Shown here piece by piece: positions 30,075 to 40,217 of a stretch of 64,000 nucleotides of DNA (within the stretch, counting starts at the first letter, position 1; the number at the start of each line of letters is the position of its first letter). Made by a program: the position numbers and the translations under genes. The stretch spans positions 7,093-71,092 of the forward strand of contig CALVON010000041.1 of the NCBI GenBank assembly GCA_944350315.1. Reading direction: 5' to 3'. A model generated the notes under the pieces. It made no database searches. It was not told the DNA's origin and saw only the letters and a program-made list of their open reading frames with translations. This stretch comes from an uncultured Bacilli bacterium (GTDB taxonomy: Bacteria > Bacillota_I > Bacilli_A > RF39 > UBA660).

Positions 30075-31511
30075 TCATTTTTTACGCTTACGTCTTTTTA
30101 TATCATAAGGTGTATCCATAGGTCCAAACCTTGAATTATTTGAAGGCTTACGATTACGAGAATATCCTTGAAGTGGTAATCCATAACCGTATGGTGTTAA
30201 ACCAGGGCCATACGTTTTTTCTCTGTATCTTTCTTGAGCGTATTTTTGTTGCTTCGATAAATGAGATTCACTTTCTATTATTTTATAATGTGATTTTGAT
30301 TCATTATCCGATTTTTTTGGTAATTTACTAGTATCTTTATTAGGTTGATATGACTTGTTAGATGGCTCACTGACATTTTTACAATGCTGGTCTGTTTCAG
30401 CTGGTGGTGTATCATCTTCTTCATACTGTACCCCAGATAATTTTGAAATTAATTTTTCTAAGTATTTTTTAATACTTCCCATAGCAACTTTGTCTTTATA
30501 TTTTTTTAGTAAAGATAAGTCATCACAATCACTTAAAGCATCTAACAATAATTGCAAATTATTCAGAATACTTTCTTCATAATTATTTAAGTGTGAGTCC
30601 TCCTGTCCTGCATAAGAATATTGTCTAAGCATTTCATATCCCTCTTTATCTTTAGTATTATATCGTGACATAGCTTTGTAAAAATAATGATTGCCTATTC
30701 TTGTATTCGCTGTTGTATTTCTTTTAATATCCGAAGTTATTGCATCTGCAAGTATTTTTAGTATATATTCATAATCTTTTAATTCAATAATCTTTTTTAT
30801 TAATAAATCATGTATTTTAGCAGCTTTTTCATCATGTTTCATAAAGTCATAAATAGTTTTTACATCATCTAAAGATAAGAGTTCCTCGGTTGTTTCATCC
30901 ATAGTTATTTCATTTGTATTAATTAATAGATATATTTCTTCAAAATTATAATCATTTAATAATTTTTTAATTAATTCTTTTTTACCACCAATTAATTCAA
31001 TAATCCTTTTTATTAATAAATGACGTCTTTCACGATTTTTTTTATCCTCATCAGCGAGATTATCAAGCACATATTTTATAAAATCATAAATAGTTTTTGC
31101 ATCATCTAATGATAAAATTACTTCGAATGCTTCATTTATAGATATATTACATTCATTATATATATCCAACCTGTATATCCATTCGCGTATTTCTGTAAAA
31201 CACCCATTATTTGCTAATTTTTTAATTAATTCTTTTTTCCCGCCCGTTAATTTAACAACCCTTTTCATTAATAAATTAAGTCTTTTTTTATCTTTTATCT
31301 CTTTATCATCTAATTGGCCGAGAAATTTTTCAAAAAGGAGATAATCAAACTCATGTTTCATAAAACAATAAGTAGCTTCTGCATCGTTTGAAGATAAAAG
31401 TTCGTTGATTACCTCATCTATATTTATGTCACCTAACTTAATCAATGAGTGTATTTTTTCAAAATTCCGATCATTCAATAATTTTTTAATCAATTCTTTT
31501 TCCTTGTCCAT
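30075..31511 (-). CDS. Tandem-repeat protein (three ~85-aa repeats) with Tyr/Gly/Pro/Lys-rich disordered tail
   Basis: 478 aa. The block GGKKELIKKL.N..F.EI....I..LDD.KTIYDF.K recurs three times at about aa 4, 92 and 177. The repeats are also visible at the DNA level around 30740-31500. Confidence 0.55.
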   Translation of the reverse strand: MDKEKELIKKLLNDRNFEKIHSLIKLGDINIDEVINELLSSNDAEATYCFMKHEFDYLLFEKFLGQLDDKEIKDKKRLNLLMKRVVKLTGGKKELIKKLANNGCFTEIREWIYRLDIYNECNISINEAFEVILSLDDAKTIYDFIKYVLDNLADEDKKNRERRHLLIKRIIELIGGKKELIKKLLNDYNFEEIYLLINTNEITMDETTEELLSLDDVKTIYDFMKHDEKAAKIHDLLIKKIIELKDYEYILKILADAITSDIKRNTTANTRIGNHYFYKAMSRYNTKDKEGYEMLRQYSYAGQEDSHLNNYEESILNNLQLLLDALSDCDDLSLLKKYKDKVAMGSIKKYLEKLISKLSGVQYEEDDTPPAETDQHCKNVSEPSNKSYQPNKDTSKLPKKSDNESKSHYKIIESESHLSKQQKYAQERYREKTYGPGLTPYGYGLPLQGYSRNRKPSNNSRFGPMDTPYDIKRRKRKK

Positions 31512-31650
31512 ATTTTCCTCTCCTTATTGATTTATTATAATATATGATTATATGAAAGTAAAATATTTTTATAATAAATGTTTTATTTTTTTATTATAAA
31601 TTTAAAAAAATGTGTTATAATAAAACAGATATTTTGTAAAGGGATGGATT

Positions 31651-32070
31651 ATGAAGTGGATTAAGAAAAATATAAATATTATATTATTGATTATATGGAT
31701 GATAATTATATTTATTATGTCTTCTTTTAATGGAGAATCTTCTGGTAATCAGAGTAATTTTATTGTTAATATAATAAGTCAAATTTTTAATATTAGTAAT
31801 ATTAATTATTTATCTTTTATAATTAGAAAATTAGCTCATTTTACGGAATATTTTATCTTAGGAATACTAGTTATAAATAATTTTAATAAAATAGATAAAA
31901 AGATAATATTTGGAAGTATTACTTTTTGTATGTTATATGCTTTTACTGATGAATTTCATCAATTATTTGTAAGTGGTAGAAGTGGACAAGTAACAGATGT
32001 TTTAATTGATAGTATAGGAGCTATATGTGGTATTTATGGATATTTATTATTAAAAAAATATAAAAAATGA
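31651..32070 (+). CDS. VanZ-family membrane protein
   Basis: 139 aa, four TM helices, LAHFTEYFILG motif. Confidence 0.65.
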   Translation: MKWIKKNINIILLIIWMIIIFIMSSFNGESSGNQSNFIVNIISQIFNISNINYLSFIIRKLAHFTEYFILGILVINNFNKIDKKIIFGSITFCMLYAFTDEFHQLFVSGRSGQVTDVLIDSIGAICGIYGYLLLKKYKK

Positions 32071-32093
32071 TGTAATAGTAAAGTAGTGATTAT

Positions 32094-32753
32094 ATGGATT
32101 ATGGTAAATTATTAGAAATAAGATTAATTGTTACAGAGCGTATTAATGAATTAATGGGAATTCGTGATTTTGAATTTAGTGTAGAATTTTTAAAATATAT
32201 TCACCAATATTTATTTAATGGTATATATGATAATAGTGGTAATTTTAGAACATATAATATTTCTAGACCAGAGTTAATATTAGATGGTGAAAGTGTTAAA
32301 TATTTAGATTATAATAATATTAGTAATTATTTAAATTTTGATTTTTTTGAAGAAAATAGAAAGAAATATGGTAATCAAGGCGTAAATTTTGTTACAAAAA
32401 ATATAGCTTTATTTTCTTCAAGAATATGGCAAGTTCATCCTTTTAATGATGGTAATACTAGAACAATTGGTATATTTATTGAGAAATATTTACAAGATTT
32501 AGGTTTTAATGTAAATAGAGAAGTACTAAAAAGTGAATTTGAATATTATAGAAATGCATTAGTATTGTCAGCTTATTATAATGAAAGGCTACATATTCAT
32601 AATAATTATGAGCCGTTAATTAAATTTTATATGAAGATGTTATTTGGTGGAGATATTATTTTAGATAATGATAGTTTATATTTAGAAAAATTATTTGAAA
32701 ATAGGGGAGTAAAGGAGAAGGTAAGAAAAAATGAGCAGTACGGGAAAAAATGA
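32094..32753 (+). CDS. Fic/DOC (Fido) family protein
   Basis: 219 aa. Fic motif HPFNDGNTRTIG, that is HxFx(D/E)GN(G>T)R. Confidence 0.7.
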   Translation: MDYGKLLEIRLIVTERINELMGIRDFEFSVEFLKYIHQYLFNGIYDNSGNFRTYNISRPELILDGESVKYLDYNNISNYLNFDFFEENRKKYGNQGVNFVTKNIALFSSRIWQVHPFNDGNTRTIGIFIEKYLQDLGFNVNREVLKSEFEYYRNALVLSAYYNERLHIHNNYEPLIKFYMKMLFGGDIILDNDSLYLEKLFENRGVKEKVRKNEQYGKK

Positions 32754-34842
32754 TGATAGAATAGGAATAGCAAAAGAATTGGTATCTACTTTTTATAAAA
32801 GGATTAGTTTTATAGATATTTCATATGATGAGTTTTTATCTTATGTATTAGAAGAGGCTGAAGTATCAAATAATTTATATAAAGAAGATATGCCATATAA
32901 TAAATTTATAAAAAAAATAATAATAAAAGTAATGTGTAGTAGAATATTAAGTGATTCTAAAGATGTTATTAATGTTATAAATAATTATGTTAATAAATAT
33001 TTTATTGATGTTACAAATTATAAGGATGCAATTAGTGCTGTAAATAGATTATTGTCATTTTTTAAATCTTTTAATTATGTATTAACACCTGATATAGTAT
33101 CAGAAATGATAGTAAAGAATGAAATCTTTTCTTGGGTAATAAAGTTAATAGTAGATAGGTATAAAGATATAATATTATCTGGTAATATTGAAGAAATTTT
33201 TGATAATATTCATATGACGATGATAGTTGAAATTTATTGTATGATAAATAATATCGAAATTAATAGATTAGAAGTAGAAAGTGATAAATATAATGATGCG
33301 TATATTGCAGATAGCGAAAGAGCATATTTAAAAGAAATTGGGAAAATTCCTTTACTGTCTGCACAAGAAGAAAAAGATTTAGCTAAAAAAGTGGCTCAAG
33401 GCGATGTAGATGCTAAAAATTTATTCATTAAAAGCAATTTACGATTAGTTGCTAAGATTGCTAGATGGTATATAAATTGTGGTTTGCCATATTTGGATTT
33501 AGTCCAAGAAGGAAATATTGGGTTGATTAGAGCAGTAGAAAAATTTGAAGCTGAAAAAGGATATAAATTTTCTACATATGCAACCTGGTGGATAAAACAA
33601 CCAATTTTAAAAGCAATTGCGGAAAAAACTAGTGATATAAAAGTGCCTATTTATATGCATGAAAAAGTTAGAAAGTATCAAAAAACGGTAAATATTCTTA
33701 CGGAAAATCTTAATAGGCCTCCTACAATAAGTGAGATGGCTGATGCAGTAGGATTACCCGTTTCAGAAATTGAGGAGATAATTAAGGCTTTACCAGAAGT
33801 GATAAGTTTAAATGCTAAAATTGATGAAACTGGCGATAGTGAAATTGGAGATTTTATTTCCGTAGATTCTGACAGTATTGAAAATATAACAGCAAATGGA
33901 ATGTTAGGAAATGACTTAATGAATTTACTTTTAAATTGTGGTTTAAGTGAAAGAGAACTAGTTATATTAATCCTTAGAAGTGGATATTATACAGACATTC
34001 CTGTTACATTAGAAGAAACAGGAAAAATGCTAGGAGTTACAAGAGAGAGAGTTAATCAAATTCAGAAAAAAGCTCTTAGAAAAATTAGAAATCTTAGAGA
34101 AGTTGAAAATTTAGTGGTATATACACAATATCCTGATAAGTCATTAAAGAATCTAGAAGAAAAGAGAATGGAAGACGGTATTTTAGTATCGAGAAATTTA
34201 AAGAATAAAAAGAAAAAAGATGAAAAAATACTAGAATTACAATCAATTTATGAATTATTTAAGGGATATTCAAAAGAGAATATAGATAAAGTAATATTAG
34301 GACTTACTGAAAAAGAAAGAGAGTTAGTATTATTGCGTTATGGTAAAGATTTAGAAAAAAATGATATAACAAATTTAACTACTGAACAAATTATAACTTT
34401 TTATACTTTTTTAGTTCCCAAAATAAGAGTATTATTAGAAAAATTAAAAACTAAGATTCAAAATAGTGAACAAAGCGAATTATTAAATGAAGAAAGTACT
34501 GAAAATGTGGATAATACTAACAGTATTTTACCTAAAATAGCAGATATAAAAGAAGATGATGATGTTAAAACCAGTACTCTATTAGTTAGTCAGAAAAAAG
34601 ATAGCATTTCATTATTAGAAGATTATCAAAATATTTTAAAATCACTAAAGGCAAATATACTTAGTCAGAGATTAAATGAATTATCAGTTGAAGAAGCTGT
34701 TATTGTTGCTCTAGAAGCAGTTGCTGAACATTTAAATATTGATGAAGACGTAGTAATTAATGCTACTAGGAGGATTTTAATGGGTTACAGAAATAATGAC
34801 ACGGCAGCAACTATAACAAGTGATTCTAGAGGTAGTAGATAA
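32731..34842 (+). CDS. Sigma-70 family RNA polymerase sigma factor (RpoD-like core) with long N- and C-terminal extensions
   Basis: 703 aa. Overlaps the Fic gene by 23 nt. Central regions 1.2-4.2 are recognisable: YLKEIGKIPLLSAQEE, DLVQEGNIGLIRAVEKFEAEKGYKFSTYATWWIKQPI and region 4 LSERELVILILR...GVTRERVNQIQKKALRKIR. There is a second region-4-like segment LTEKERELVLLRYGKDLEK. A terminator hairpin lies at 34849-34890. Confidence 0.75.
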   Translation: MSSTGKNDDRIGIAKELVSTFYKRISFIDISYDEFLSYVLEEAEVSNNLYKEDMPYNKFIKKIIIKVMCSRILSDSKDVINVINNYVNKYFIDVTNYKDAISAVNRLLSFFKSFNYVLTPDIVSEMIVKNEIFSWVIKLIVDRYKDIILSGNIEEIFDNIHMTMIVEIYCMINNIEINRLEVESDKYNDAYIADSERAYLKEIGKIPLLSAQEEKDLAKKVAQGDVDAKNLFIKSNLRLVAKIARWYINCGLPYLDLVQEGNIGLIRAVEKFEAEKGYKFSTYATWWIKQPILKAIAEKTSDIKVPIYMHEKVRKYQKTVNILTENLNRPPTISEMADAVGLPVSEIEEIIKALPEVISLNAKIDETGDSEIGDFISVDSDSIENITANGMLGNDLMNLLLNCGLSERELVILILRSGYYTDIPVTLEETGKMLGVTRERVNQIQKKALRKIRNLREVENLVVYTQYPDKSLKNLEEKRMEDGILVSRNLKNKKKKDEKILELQSIYELFKGYSKENIDKVILGLTEKERELVLLRYGKDLEKNDITNLTTEQIITFYTFLVPKIRVLLEKLKTKIQNSEQSELLNEESTENVDNTNSILPKIADIKEDDDVKTSTLLVSQKKDSISLLEDYQNILKSLKANILSQRLNELSVEEAVIVALEAVAEHLNIDEDVVINATRRILMGYRNNDTAATITSDSRGSR

Positions 34843-34978
34843 AAGTAGTACAATAAACTATTTATTAATAAAATAGTTTATTGTTTTATTAATAAAAAAT
34901 ATATAATTTTATAATATTTTTTTAAAATACTATTTTTAAAATAAAAAATATGATATAATCATAAGGTAGAGGTGTGAT

Positions 34979-35650
34979 ATGGAAGAAATTGATTTAAAAG
35001 AGTTATTTGATTTTGTAAAAAATAAAATTGGGTTATTAATCATAATAACTGTAGGAATTTGTTTGTTAGGATGTGTTTACGGTTTAATTTTACAAAAACC
35101 AATGTATAGATCTTATACTACTGTTATATTAAGTGGAACAGAGCAGACTATTACGCAAAGTGATGTTACACTTAATAAAAATTTAGTAGATACTTATGCA
35201 GAAATAGTAAAGTCAAGAAGAGTATTAGATCAAGTTATTAATGAACTAGATTTAGATAGTAGTTATAATTCATTAACTAATAAAATATCTGTTAGTGCTG
35301 TTAATAATACAGAAATTATTAAGATTATGGTAATTGATGAAAATCCCGTTGATGCAAAAAATATTGCAAATATTACAGCTAATTTTTTTGCTAAAGAAGT
35401 TGTTGATTTATATAATATGAATAATGTTAATATATTAGACGAAGCTATTGAAGAGGATAATCCATATAATATTAATGTTTTAAAACAAGTAGTTATTTAT
35501 TTTATGGTTGGATTAATTATTGCTTGTGGTGTTTTATTTGTTATTTTCTATTTTGATAGAACTATTAAATCAATTGAACAAGTAGAACAAAAAACTAAAT
35601 TACCTATTCTTGGTGGTGTTCAGGAATATACAAGGGGAGGCAAAAAATAA
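34979..35650 (+). CDS. Wzz/CpsC-type chain-length determinant (BY-kinase transmembrane modulator)
   Basis: 223 aa with TM helices at both ends. Sits immediately upstream of a BY-kinase. Confidence 0.75.
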   Translation: MEEIDLKELFDFVKNKIGLLIIITVGICLLGCVYGLILQKPMYRSYTTVILSGTEQTITQSDVTLNKNLVDTYAEIVKSRRVLDQVINELDLDSSYNSLTNKISVSAVNNTEIIKIMVIDENPVDAKNIANITANFFAKEVVDLYNMNNVNILDEAIEEDNPYNINVLKQVVIYFMVGLIIACGVLFVIFYFDRTIKSIEQVEQKTKLPILGGVQEYTRGGKK

Positions 35651-36318
35651 TGAAAGATGAATTAGTAATTCATAATAAACCTAAATCTAATATTAGTGAG
35701 GATATTAGAACTATTAGAACGAATTTAATGTTTACCTCATCGGATGAAAATTCTAAAGTAATTCTTATTACTAGTTCAATACCGGGTGAAGGAAAAAGTT
35801 TTATCAGTAGTAATTTAGCAACTGCTTTTGCTCAAGCTGGAGAATCTACTTTATTAATAGATTGTGATCTTAGATTAGGAAGAATTCATAAAATATTTGG
35901 GGTTTCTAATTCTAAAGGATTATCTAATTTGCTTGTTGGACAAAACTCTGTCGATTGTGCTGATTACATTAAAAAAACTTCTATATCTAATTTGTACGTT
36001 ATTCCAAGAGGTACTGTTCCTCCTAACCCTAGCGAACTATTAAACTCTAATAATACTAAAAAAGTTATTAAATTTTTAAAAGAAAATTTTGATCGTATTA
36101 TTTTTGATGGTGTTCCAGTAAATGGTCTTCCTGATTCCCTTATTATGGCATCATTAGTAGACCGTGTAGTTTTAGTAACCTCATTAGGATATACCAAAAT
36201 AGATGAATTAATGGATGCTAAAAAGGCTTTAGAAAAAATAGATGCTAATATTGCTGGTATTGTGGTAAATAGAACTATTAAAACAAAACGTGGAAAATAT
36301 TCTGATTATTATGAGTAA
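35650..36318 (+). CDS. Tyrosine-protein kinase (CpsD/YwqD BY-kinase ATPase)
   Basis: 222 aa. Walker A SSIPGEGKS, Walker A' IDCDLR, Walker B VIFDGVPV. Confidence 0.8.
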   Translation: MKDELVIHNKPKSNISEDIRTIRTNLMFTSSDENSKVILITSSIPGEGKSFISSNLATAFAQAGESTLLIDCDLRLGRIHKIFGVSNSKGLSNLLVGQNSVDCADYIKKTSISNLYVIPRGTVPPNPSELLNSNNTKKVIKFLKENFDRIIFDGVPVNGLPDSLIMASLVDRVVLVTSLGYTKIDELMDAKKALEKIDANIAGIVVNRTIKTKRGKYSDYYE

Positions 36319-36330
36319 GGTGATATATTA

Positions 36331-37053
36331 ATGACAGATGTACATTCACATATTCTATTTGGTATAGACGATGGAAGTTATTCTATTGAAGAGAGTATAG
36401 AACTATTAAAAAAGTTAAAAGAAGTAGGTTTTAATAATGTTATTTTAACACCTCACTATATTATTGATAGTAGTTATACTGCAAATAATAATACAAAGAG
36501 AAGGCAATTTATAGAACTTAAAAAAGCAGTTGAGGAAAATAATATAAAGATTAATCTTTTTCTTGGAAACGAAATATTTATATCTAATGATATTATATCT
36601 TTGTTAGAACAAGATGAAATACTAAGTTTAAATAATACGAAATATTTATTAATAGAATTACCTTTTCATAATCAAATAATTAATCTTCCAGATATTATTC
36701 ATGAGATAAAGTTAAAAGGGTATATTCCTGTAATTGCCCATCCTGAAAGATATACATATTTTCAAGAAAATTATGAATTAGTAGATGAACTTAAAAATGA
36801 AGATGTGTTGTTTCAATGTAACTATACGAGTATTACTGGATATTATGGTAAACAAGCACAAAAATTGCTTAAGTATATGTTAAAAAACAAATATGTTTCT
36901 TATTTAGGAACAGATATTCATCATTTAGATAGATTATATTTTATTGATAATTTTGATAAAATTATTAAGAGTTTTAATAAGATTGCAGGAGAAAATTATT
37001 TTAAAAAAATTATTAATAACTGTAATAAATTAGTAAGTTCTAGTATAGAGTAG
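36331..37053 (+). CDS. Tyrosine-protein phosphatase of the CpsB/YwqE PHP family
   Basis: 240 aa. Begins MTDVHSHILFGIDDGS, the PHP motif. Confidence 0.8.
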   Translation: MTDVHSHILFGIDDGSYSIEESIELLKKLKEVGFNNVILTPHYIIDSSYTANNNTKRRQFIELKKAVEENNIKINLFLGNEIFISNDIISLLEQDEILSLNNTKYLLIELPFHNQIINLPDIIHEIKLKGYIPVIAHPERYTYFQENYELVDELKNEDVLFQCNYTSITGYYGKQAQKLLKYMLKNKYVSYLGTDIHHLDRLYFIDNFDKIIKSFNKIAGENYFKKIINNCNKLVSSSIE

Positions 37054-38508
37054 GTGATATTTATGGCAAATAATAAAAAAAAGAAAATACAATTTAGTAT
37101 TTTAGGAATAATACTTAATATTATTCTTTTATTAATGAGTATTTTTTTATTGATTTCAATAAATATTTTAGGAATAATTCCTAATAATTATTATATTTTT
37201 ATTACTATATTTGTTATTATAACTTTATTTATTATTAGTTTTTTCTTAATATTTAAATTTAGAAAAAGAATATTAAAAATAATTAAAATGCTAGTATTTA
37301 TATTGACAATGTTATTAATTTCAATATATGCTATTGGAATATATTATTTGGATAAGACTATGAATCTTTTCGATAATATATCTTTAATGAGGGAAGAAAT
37401 ATCATATTATTATATAGTAGTATTAGATTCTTCTGTTTATCAAGAAGTTTCTGATTTATATGAAAAGAAATTAGCGTATTATGAAAGAACTGAAGACCTA
37501 GTATTAGATAAAATTAAATTAGAACTTGATTATGAAGTTATTGATGATATTAATATACTTAAAGATAAGTTATATAATATGGAAGTAGATGCTATTTTAA
37601 TTAGTGATATTATTAAAAATAAATATGAGGAAGATGATGAAAATTTTGATGATAACACTAGAATTATTAGTCAAATAGAGATTAAGAAAGAAATTGAAGA
37701 TATTACTAAAAGAGTATCTATTAAAAATACGCCATTTAATATATTAATTAGTGGAATAGATACATATGGGGATATCAATAGAACTTCAAGAAATGATGTT
37801 AATATTGTAGTAACAGTTAATCCCAATACTAATGAAATTTTATTAACCTCAATACCTAGAGATTATTACGTTCAACTTCATGGAACAACTGGATATAAAG
37901 ATAAGTTAACACATGCTAGTTATTATGGAACTAATATGGCGATAGCGACTATAGAAGATATATTGGATATTGATATTAATTATTATATTAAAGTTAATTT
38001 TACGACTGTAGTAGAATTAGTTGATGAAATAGATGGAGTAGACGTTTATGCTGATCAAAGTGTCTATCTAGGTAAAAATTGTCAAATTATAGAAGGGTAT
38101 AACCACTTAAACGGAAAATGTGCTTTAGCTTTCTCAAGAGAAAGACATTCATATGCTGATGGTGACAGACATCGTGGAAGAAATCAGCAAGAAGTAATTA
38201 CGGCAATCTTTAAAAAAATTACTAGTGGAACAACAATACTTACTGAATATACTAATATCTTAGATGTTCTTGAGGGAAAGTTTGCTACAAATATGGATAC
38301 AAATGAAATAACTGATTTTTTAAAATTTGAATTAAATGATTTGAAAGATTATTCAATTACTTCAATTCAATTAGATGGATATGGTTCTATGGGAGAAACA
38401 TATTCATATCCTAATCAAGAATTATGGATAATGATACCTGATGAAGACACTATTACTAATGCTAAATTATTAATTAATAAAGTATTAAATAATGAAAGTA
38501 TAAAATAG
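37054..38508 (+). CDS. LytR-CpsA-Psr (LCP) family polysaccharide phosphotransferase
   Basis: 484 aa with N-terminal TM helices. LCP core LLTSIPRDYYV and ..R..D..R..LS. Confidence 0.75.
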   Translation: MIFMANNKKKKIQFSILGIILNIILLLMSIFLLISINILGIIPNNYYIFITIFVIITLFIISFFLIFKFRKRILKIIKMLVFILTMLLISIYAIGIYYLDKTMNLFDNISLMREEISYYYIVVLDSSVYQEVSDLYEKKLAYYERTEDLVLDKIKLELDYEVIDDINILKDKLYNMEVDAILISDIIKNKYEEDDENFDDNTRIISQIEIKKEIEDITKRVSIKNTPFNILISGIDTYGDINRTSRNDVNIVVTVNPNTNEILLTSIPRDYYVQLHGTTGYKDKLTHASYYGTNMAIATIEDILDIDINYYIKVNFTTVVELVDEIDGVDVYADQSVYLGKNCQIIEGYNHLNGKCALAFSRERHSYADGDRHRGRNQQEVITAIFKKITSGTTILTEYTNILDVLEGKFATNMDTNEITDFLKFELNDLKDYSITSIQLDGYGSMGETYSYPNQELWIMIPDEDTITNAKLLINKVLNNESIK

Positions 38509-38516
38509 GTGGTATA

Positions 38517-39254
38517 ATGAAAAATGATTTATTAATTATTGCTGGTCCTTGTGCAGTAGAATCACGTGAGCAAATTATGAGAATTGCTAAAAAGTTAAAA
38601 GGTTTAGGAATAGAATATTTAAGAGCAGGAGCTTTTAAACCAAGAACTAATCCTGATAGTTTTCAAGGATTAGGAGAACTTGGTATTATATATTTATTAG
38701 AAGCTAAAAAAGAGACGGGATTAAAAATAGTTACAGAAATTATGAGTGTTGAACAGTTAGATAAATATGGAGAATATATTGATATTATTCAAATTGGCGC
38801 TAGAAATATGTATAATTATGAATTATTAAAAGCACTAGGTAAAATAAATAAGCCTATTCTTTTAAAAAGAGCATTTAGTGCAACTTACAAGGAATGGATA
38901 TCTGCATGTGAATATATAAAAAAAGCAGGGAATGATAAAGTAATTTTATGTGAAAGAGGAATTCGTAGTTTTGATGATAGTACTAGAAATGTTTTAGATA
39001 TTCAAGCTATTCCATATATTAAAAAAAATACTCAACTACCAATAATAGTAGATCCATCTCATGCATCTGGCCATAGATATATGGTTGAGAGTGATTCTCT
39101 TGCAGCAGTTGCCGCAGGATGTGATGGGTTAATTATCGAGGTTCATGATAGGCCAGAAGAGGCTCTTAGTGATAAAGAACAAGCTATAGATATTGAAGAT
39201 TTAAGAAAAATTTTATATAAAGTAGGCAAAATAAAAGAATTAATTAGTAGTTAA
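38517..39254 (+). CDS. aroF: 3-deoxy-7-phosphoheptulonate (DAHP) synthase, type Ibeta catalytic-domain-only
   Basis: 245 aa. IIAGPCAVESREQIM, RAGAFKPRTNPDSFQGLG, IQIGARNM, LLKR, VILCERGIR and PIIVDPSH align closely with Thermotoga and Pyrococcus DAHPS. Confidence 0.75.
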   Translation: MKNDLLIIAGPCAVESREQIMRIAKKLKGLGIEYLRAGAFKPRTNPDSFQGLGELGIIYLLEAKKETGLKIVTEIMSVEQLDKYGEYIDIIQIGARNMYNYELLKALGKINKPILLKRAFSATYKEWISACEYIKKAGNDKVILCERGIRSFDDSTRNVLDIQAIPYIKKNTQLPIIVDPSHASGHRYMVESDSLAAVAAGCDGLIIEVHDRPEEALSDKEQAIDIEDLRKILYKVGKIKELISS

Positions 39255-40091
39255 TTCTTCTTTTCTTTTTCTTATTAATGATTTAACAGTATTAATCGAA
39301 AATTCATTAGACCACATATTCGCCTTAATAATATTATCAAGTATATCACTTAAATGTAATACATTTTCTAAATCTAGAAATCCTAGTAATGATTCAATAT
39401 TTGTTTTATAGTAAAGTGCCATATGTACTAATCGGGCATCTTGCGTTTTTATATCAATGCCTCTATAAAGGAAAAAACAACTAATTATATTTTCAATTAA
39501 TTTATCTTTATGTAATTTAATAGTTTCAAGAAACCCGTCTATTTCTAGCATATCAAAATCAAAATCATGAGCTACTAGCATGTCTTCATATAATATTAAA
39601 ATTGCTGCCATGTGATATTTTTGCTTTTTTTGTATAAATAATAGTTTTTGTGATAATGTTTTTTCATCATTGTTACTAGTATGTGGAATTGTTTCTTCTA
39701 ATGCTCTATCTATTAATTTAAAAGTTTTAACATTTTCTACATAATATATGATGTCATCAATAGAATAATTACTTTTGCTTTCAGCACTTGTTTCTCGGCA
39801 CTCAAGTATACTACATAATTTGGAATAAATTCTGCTTATTGTTTGATTGGGACCATTAAATAACACTCTAGAGCCTAAAAATAAAATATAAGCTTTCAGT
39901 TTATCTGTGCTAACTGCTTTAAAATCATCGTCTTCCACAACTTTTAATTCACGTAATCTACTTGCAAATTCTGCCAATCTTGATTTGCTATCATTTCCAT
40001 TTTTTATATCATTAACTAAAGTTCCATACTCCTTTATTATTAATAAAGAATTAGGAAAATCTTTTAAAATCATATCATAAGTTTCTTCCAT
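39240..40091 (-). CDS. Hypothetical protein
   Basis: 283 aa, no motif recognised. Convergent with aroF and overlapping it. Confidence 0.45.
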   Translation of the reverse strand: MEETYDMILKDFPNSLLIIKEYGTLVNDIKNGNDSKSRLAEFASRLRELKVVEDDDFKAVSTDKLKAYILFLGSRVLFNGPNQTISRIYSKLCSILECRETSAESKSNYSIDDIIYYVENVKTFKLIDRALEETIPHTSNNDEKTLSQKLLFIQKKQKYHMAAILILYEDMLVAHDFDFDMLEIDGFLETIKLHKDKLIENIISCFFLYRGIDIKTQDARLVHMALYYKTNIESLLGFLDLENVLHLSDILDNIIKANMWSNEFSINTVKSLIRKRKEELTTN

Positions 40092-40217
40092 GCATTTTCC
40101 TCCTTAAACTGTTATAGTATTATATAATATTAATATAATGGTAAATATCAAATTGTTTTTTTAAAAAAAATGTGCTATTATTAACATTGTATTAATTCTT
40201 ATGGGGATGTTTTTATT

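Noticed and set aside
38517-39254. KDO-8-phosphate synthase (KdsA) or sialic-acid synthase as the identity of the gene after LCP
   Set aside because: Motifs KPRTNPDSFQG, LLKR and VILCERGIR match type Ibeta DAHP synthase rather than KdsA or NeuB. The context-based alternative is kept only as a question in the findings.
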